Assembly (NCBI RefSeq): GCF_009914755.1
Contig: NC_060934.1
Length of the DNA: 64,000 nucleotides
Origin: the human T2T-CHM13v2.0 reference genome, Homo sapiens
Reading direction: 5' to 3' (one strand)
Both the position numbers and the translations under genes were made by a program. Position 1 is the first letter of the stretch, and each line of letters opens with the position of its first letter. The notes beneath the pieces are model-generated. The model was not told the DNA's origin and ran no database searches. It saw only the letters and a list, made by a program, of their open reading frames with translations. Below are positions 58,390-64,000 of this stretch, piece by piece.

Positions 58390-59400
58390 TATTTCAATTT
58401 GTATATTTGTAAATGGAGCATTTTAAATGTTTAACATTTGTACATTGTAAAGGTTGACCTGAGTCCATGGGTTCACACTTGTTACCTACATTGCACTGGA
58501 CTCTTATGACTTTCCTGTTCATGACTTTTTTCCATTTCTCTGTTGGAGTTTTAGTGTTTTTACTCATTTATTGTACAAGTCATTTATATGTTAGGATTAG
58601 ACAACTTTTTTGTCTGCTATCTGTTGCAAATATTTTTCTAAATATACTTTTTGATTGTTGATTTGGAAACTATTAATCGTGGATTTGTGTTAATCATTAA
58701 CACAAAAATTAGAGCCAAATACAGAACTTGTACATTTTTAAGCAACATATCTATGTTTATTATTTCTTTTAATTTGAAATTTAAAATGTTATTCCAAAGT
58801 TAAATATTTGATTAAAATTGCATTAAATTTTATTGTACATTTTAAAGCAGTTGTGAAGTTTAGTATTTAACTTATTTATTCCTCTGAATTTTCTCTGTAT
58901 TTAGTTTTAGGTAGTTTTCTATAATTTTCTTTCTATATAACCAACCATGAGAAATTAACTTTCCCACTGATTTCAAGCTACCAATGTGACCTCAACCAGA
59001 TCACAAAATTCCTGAAAATTTAACAATATGCTCTCACAAGCTGGTACATGTGGCTCTGCACATCACTGTTGCTTCTGCTTCATTACTTTCTGCTTAGAGA
59101 ACTTCATTAGGCATCATCTTTGCTTTATTACCCCGATGAACTTTGGAATCATTTCGTCAAGTTCTCCTCAAAACTGTCCAGTTTTATGATAAGAATAAAA
59201 TTAAATCCATGTACTAATCAAATAATTAAAAATTATGTTATAGAGTAAACTTTATTGCAGTTTTTTTAAATTTGCATAATGTTTTATTGCTTTTTAATAT
59301 GGAATTTGCCACATTACTCTTTCTATGGTATCTATAATGTCATCTCTTTTATTTATATTGTTTATGCAATTTTTGGAAGCTGGTTATTCCTGGATATAAG
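58390..59400 (-). mobile_element. Ancient L1ME relic
   Basis: ttttccatttctctgttgg..tgttgcaaatatttttc, gaactttggaatcatttcgtcaagttc; T-rich. Confidence 0.55.
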
Positions 59401-61032
59401 GAATAAGTACATTTATCTTATATAAAGTCACTTTGAAGGATCAATGCTTTTTAACCTCATTATGGAACTCAGTGGATCATAAAGCCATGTGTTCCACCTT
59501 CACAACCCATATTCATTTTTTAAGTTCATTTTTAAAGGTTAGTTTAAGACTATTAAAGTATTGTAAAACTACTACTGAGCATTCTTGTGTGCCCTTCACC
59601 CAGCTTCCCCCAAAGATAATGTCTTATATAGCCACAGTGCATCATCAAAACCAGGCAATTGATATTGCCACAACTAAAGTATAGACCCTTTGCAGATTTA
59701 CAATCAGTATTTCTTTAAAAATGAAATAGAAGAGAATAGGATTATCTTCTAGAACAAACATACCAGAGGGCATCATAAGAAATATAAGTATGTATGTATG
59801 TGTTATAAAAGTTTTATTTTACTTTTATTGGTTTGAGATGTAAAATGTCAGGGCTGTGATCAAAAAGTTCAAAAAATATTGTGCTAGATTCTCTTTTTAA
59901 TTACAATAATCTTTCTTAGTACCTGAGTAGATTTAGAATGTGGTAGTTGTATCTTTGAAAAGATTAAAAAATAGGCATCCTCATTGTTTAAAAGGCACCA
60001 ACCCTGAGGAAGAAGGTAAGGTCATCTCCTGGCCACACACTTCTGCATCATGTCACATGACCCATCAAGTTAGTTATTTAGATGTCAGGTTTCAATCTGA
60101 CTATTTTAAGCTCCAAGTGTTTTACACTCTGGGCAATTAGGATATTTATCTCAGAATAGATTAATTTCAGAGTTGAAGGATCTATGAGACAATTTGGATG
60201 GAAAGAGTTAGGTAACTTGCCAATGTCAGGTCAGTCTGTCTCTGAAATTCACATTTTGGCATTTAACAATGTTTTGATTGAACAAATATCTCTTCTGATT
60301 ACTGCATGTGAAGACTCAAGGATAAATAGTTTTTAATTTGTCCTTTTGGTGGCTCCCAGCGGGAAGGTATTTGTAAATCTAGAATAATGGCACTTGTGCT
60401 ACAATAGTTATGATGGAGGCGTTTGCAGGTGCTGCAGGCAAAGCACAGTGAAGGGCATCCAACAGGAGAAGTGTTGGCCTCATGAGCAGTTGAGGGACCC
60501 CTGTCCTGAGTCTTGAAGGCTCAGATGGATGAGATAGGGAAGTCATAAGAACTGAGGAAAGAGCACGTGAAATACGCAGAGGTGAGAGACTGTAGCATTG
60601 GGGAGGTAAGAGGGTACCGAGATTTTTCTTCTTTCACTGGTGTGTGTTTTGGGAAAAATTAGACAGTGAAGAAAATACCCAATTCTTACAGTGGCAAATG
60701 TGAGAAGGACCCTGGAAGTCAGAAGAGCGGGTGTGTTGTGGGAGGGCTGCCCTCTGAGGCATGTTAACAGTGCTCCATAATTACCACTTGACAAGGACAA
60801 AGGCAAATCCAGCGATGCAGAGAGCCCACAAACCTCCAAAATCTTACAAGCGAATCAACTAATCGTCATCAAATACTTAATTGGGAGCCCGCCCAGTCTG
60901 CACTCCATATTCCTTATGTCATATTCCTTATGACAGAAACATCCTAGGCCTGGCATTAGTATGCTGCCACACTTGCATTCACTTTGTCGCGTCAGTCTGT
61001 TGTTTTGCAGCCAGCATAAATCAATAGTAACC

Positions 61033-61342
61033 GGCCGGGCGCGGTGGCTCACGCCTGTAATCCCAGCACTTTGGGAGGCCGAGGCGGGTGGATCATGAGG
61101 TCAGGAGATCGAGACCATCCTGGCTAACAAGGTGAAACCCCGTCTCTACTAAAAATACAAAAAATTAGCCGGGCGCTGTGGCGGGAGCCTGTAGTCCCAG
61201 CTACTCGGGAGGCTCAGGCAGGAGAATGGCGTGAACCCGGGAAGTGGAGCTTGCAGCGAGCCGAGATTGCGCCACTGCAGTCCACAGTCCGGCCTGGGCG
61301 ACAGAGCGAGACTCCGTCTCAAAAAAAAAAAAAAAAAAAAAA
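61033..61342 (+). mobile_element. AluYb8, full length
   Basis: gggtggatcatgagg, ctaacaaggtg, gggaag, gagattgcgcc and the 7-bp duplication gcagtccacagtccggcc; A22 tail; exact 15-bp TSD aaatcaatagtaacc at 61018-61032 and 61340-61354. Confidence 0.97.
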
Positions 61343-61737
61343 TCAATAGTAACCACCCAGGGTGTAGGGATTGTTGGAGGTTTGGCTCACAATGAAAGCA
61401 GAACAAACCCCAAACCACAGGCGTACCCACAGCCTAGACCTATAGGCATCTCTGAGACCCAGGGAGCCAGGGAGCTATTCCAGCCCTCCGAGATGGCTAT
61501 GGGTTAGGAATAATAAATAAAGTTATTCACTGTTTAATCTTTTCCTACCTGCATCCCCTGAAAACCTCACTCAGTAAAGGGCAGCTTGTTTGAGGCTGGT
61601 GTGGGAGGAATTCCGATGAAGCTATGTGCCCAGATCTGCACAGTGAGGCGCCTTGCTACTAGATAGATGTCCCTGCCTCTGCGTACCCGCCAGTGTAACC
61701 TGTGTGGACCTCATGGTTTGGCTGTTGATACAGTGGG

Positions 61738-61756
61738 TTGCAGCCAGATGGCGCCT
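61738..61756 (+). promoter_or_regulatory. Candidate CTCF site
   Basis: ttgcagccagatggcgcct fits the CCAGRKGGCGC core; unique sequence with the CpG retained. Confidence 0.45.
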
Positions 61757-62789
61757 GAGTGTGACTGTCACTCAGAGAGCCTGTTCTTCTTAACCCTCTC
61801 CTACAACTCAACCCTGTTCAATTATGTGATTGGAATTTCTTGAAAAGAAATACCAGAGACATTATGATTCTAGTGAAGATTTTTTTTTTAAATCACTGGA
61901 GGAGAGGTTGGAAATGTCAAAGGATCTAAAAGCACTCTGGAAATCCTCTTTGGGGAGTATTTTTGGGGAATATAATTGTGTGTGTATGCGTGGGTATGTA
62001 AAATGCTGGTGGCAGGTCAAGGGCCTGGAAGAAAGATCACAGAGCTGGAGATGCCCAATTCTTTTCCCCATGGACCAACAACTTCTATCACTGATCCTGA
62101 GTCATTGGAACTTTGCTCCTCACCTTTCTGCCAAAAAATACTGGAGGACTTAACTTTTATTCCTTTTATTCTTTTCCTCCTGAAATTTGCCCCATACCGA
62201 GGTCCCAGTGTTGACGGGAGGTTTCCTGAGGCTGTAGAAGCGGACTGTGGAACACACAGATTAATGCCAAATAGGAATCTGGCTGTCCAGAGTGTGGGAG
62301 GAGGACCTGTTGGCCCCAGTCAGAGAAATGTGAAGCTTCTATGAGTCTCCTCATCACAACTCAGTAAAGTACTCTTGGATTTTTCCACCTGACCTTGAGT
62401 TTCTGTTATTCCCCTCTTCAAGGTTCAGCTACCTTCTTCAGGTCCGATTTGCTTCTTTTCTTTCTCTTGATTAGTGAATCTTAATCTAGCCTGAGGGTAA
62501 AAGTCTCTCCATCAATGGTCCAAATATTTTGTTTATGACATAAATGCTGGAGGCTGAGATCTTCAAAACTCAGGCTTTTGAAATCCAGAAGCCTCTTAGT
62601 TGCTTGTGTGTTGTGCAGGTTTCCTCAATGAAGCAATGCTGCTGCTGGCTGAGAAGGCAGGAAGGGGAAGGGGTGCAGATAAGGAGGGAGAGGACACCTC
62701 AGACACCCTCCGATAGCCTTGACTGGATGGACAGCAGCCTTCTTAGGGCTTGGATGACCACGATGCCCCATAGGTGCTAGGATTGTTTT

Positions 62790-63770
62790 GAAAATTCTTG
62801 TAATAAGACATGAAAAACAAATAAGAGACATAAATATTTAAGTAAAATTAATTGATGATTTGCAGGTGACATGATTACCTCAAAAATTTAAAGCAATCAA
62901 TTTAAGGACTATTACCATTATACTTCAAAATGTAGAAGAGTGGCATAATAAAAGGTAGACAAAACTAAACAGATTTGTTTCGCTTTAATCACCATCGATA
63001 AGATGTGAAATACAAAAAAAAAAAGCTATTCAAAGTAATAGAAAACAAGATGAATATACCCAGTGGTTTTAGGCACTTCATTTTTTCCTGTCATCTACCA
63101 TATGACACACACAACATTATTCCTATTTTTCTAAAAAGAATCTTGAGTACCAAAAGAGACTTTGCTGCTAAGTTGCCATACTACTTCATCTTAGAATCAA
63201 TAGAGCAACAGAATATAATAAATACATAGATTCTAAAAAAAACCTCTGTATAATGAAACATAATAAAATTGAGAGAAAAAGGACTACTTACTAGAAAATG
63301 TTTATATCAAATAAGACAGTTACAAAAAAAAGATAAAGTGCTTAAAGAGCTTATGCAAATGCACAAGCACTCACAAAAACACAATCGTTTACTGTGTAAA
63401 GAATGTGAACAAACAAAAGTGCATCTATAATTAGCAAATAAATGATTGGAAAGTGCCCATTATTTTTAGTGTTCAAAAAATGGCTAATGTAAAAGACCTG
63501 TGGAAATCATTTTGCAGCTATTAAAGAAGCACAATGAAAACTTATGATAACAGAACTTGAAGTTGGCCAGTTTATGGTCCTGCTTGCAAGATTATTCACT
63601 GATGGTGGTGTTTGAGGTGGAAAGAATTCTTTTGAACAGTGTTGTAGGAATATTTAGAATGAGCCATAAAGGTAATTATATTTCTTGACCCAACCATTTC
63701 AGACCCTATGAATTTATCCTAAGGAAATATTTTCCAGGAAAAAAACTCCATTTTTGCACAGATGATAGGT
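62790..63770 (+). mobile_element. Ancient L1ME ORF2 / 3' relic
   Basis: atttgcaggtgacatgattacc (FADDM-like), ttgccatactact, cttgaccca..gaatttatcctaaggaaata. Confidence 0.6.
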
Positions 63771-63789
63771 TTGCTGCAGCAGAGAGAGG

Positions 63790-64000
63790 GGTGTGGTGGT
63801 TTAGTGCCTACACTGAGGAGTCCATGCTCTTGGACTCATAAGTCTCTCACTCAACTACTTGGTGACTTCCAGAAGTAATGTGACTTCTCTGTATCTCAGC
63901 TTCTTCATGGCAATAAGAATGATGAAGCCTAAATAGTGGGTTGTTGTGATGATTAAATGAATTCACAAATATAGAGTATCTAGAAAATGTCTGGTGTATT
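63790..64000 (+). mobile_element. MIR SINE (runs to window end)
   Basis: gtggtggtttagtg..gacttctctgtatctcagcttcttcatgg..gggttgttgtgatgattaaatga. Confidence 0.82.

Overview
This is primate genomic DNA, almost certainly human, since it carries human-lineage AluYa5 and AluYb8 copies. It is non-coding and dominated by interspersed repeats. No intact host protein-coding gene is supportable: the long ORFs are decayed pieces of L1, HERV-L pol/dUTPase, Tigger1 transposase or Alu. Main contents are a near full-length old L1 (1-6580), a nested L1M > Tigger1 > HERV-L(MLT2A) block truncated by a deletion (about 14.7-22.3 kb), a second Tigger1 (47.7-50.1 kb) and a 5'-truncated L1PA (52.0-54.5 kb). There are also nine Alus (three young, with exact TSDs), solo LTRs (MER57, MER4A1, MST, THE1, LTR33-like), L2/MIR/CR1 relics and a 33-nt U2 snRNA retrocopy. 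The most notable signals are two self-templated insertions inside the L1, a TATA/MEF2 + TEAD + GATA + GTAAGT first-exon-like module at 41.8 kb, several well-formed candidate exons, and fold-back/duplication scars. I found no evidence of a new biological system. Subfamily calls come from recalled consensus sequences, and boundaries of old repeats are approximate.
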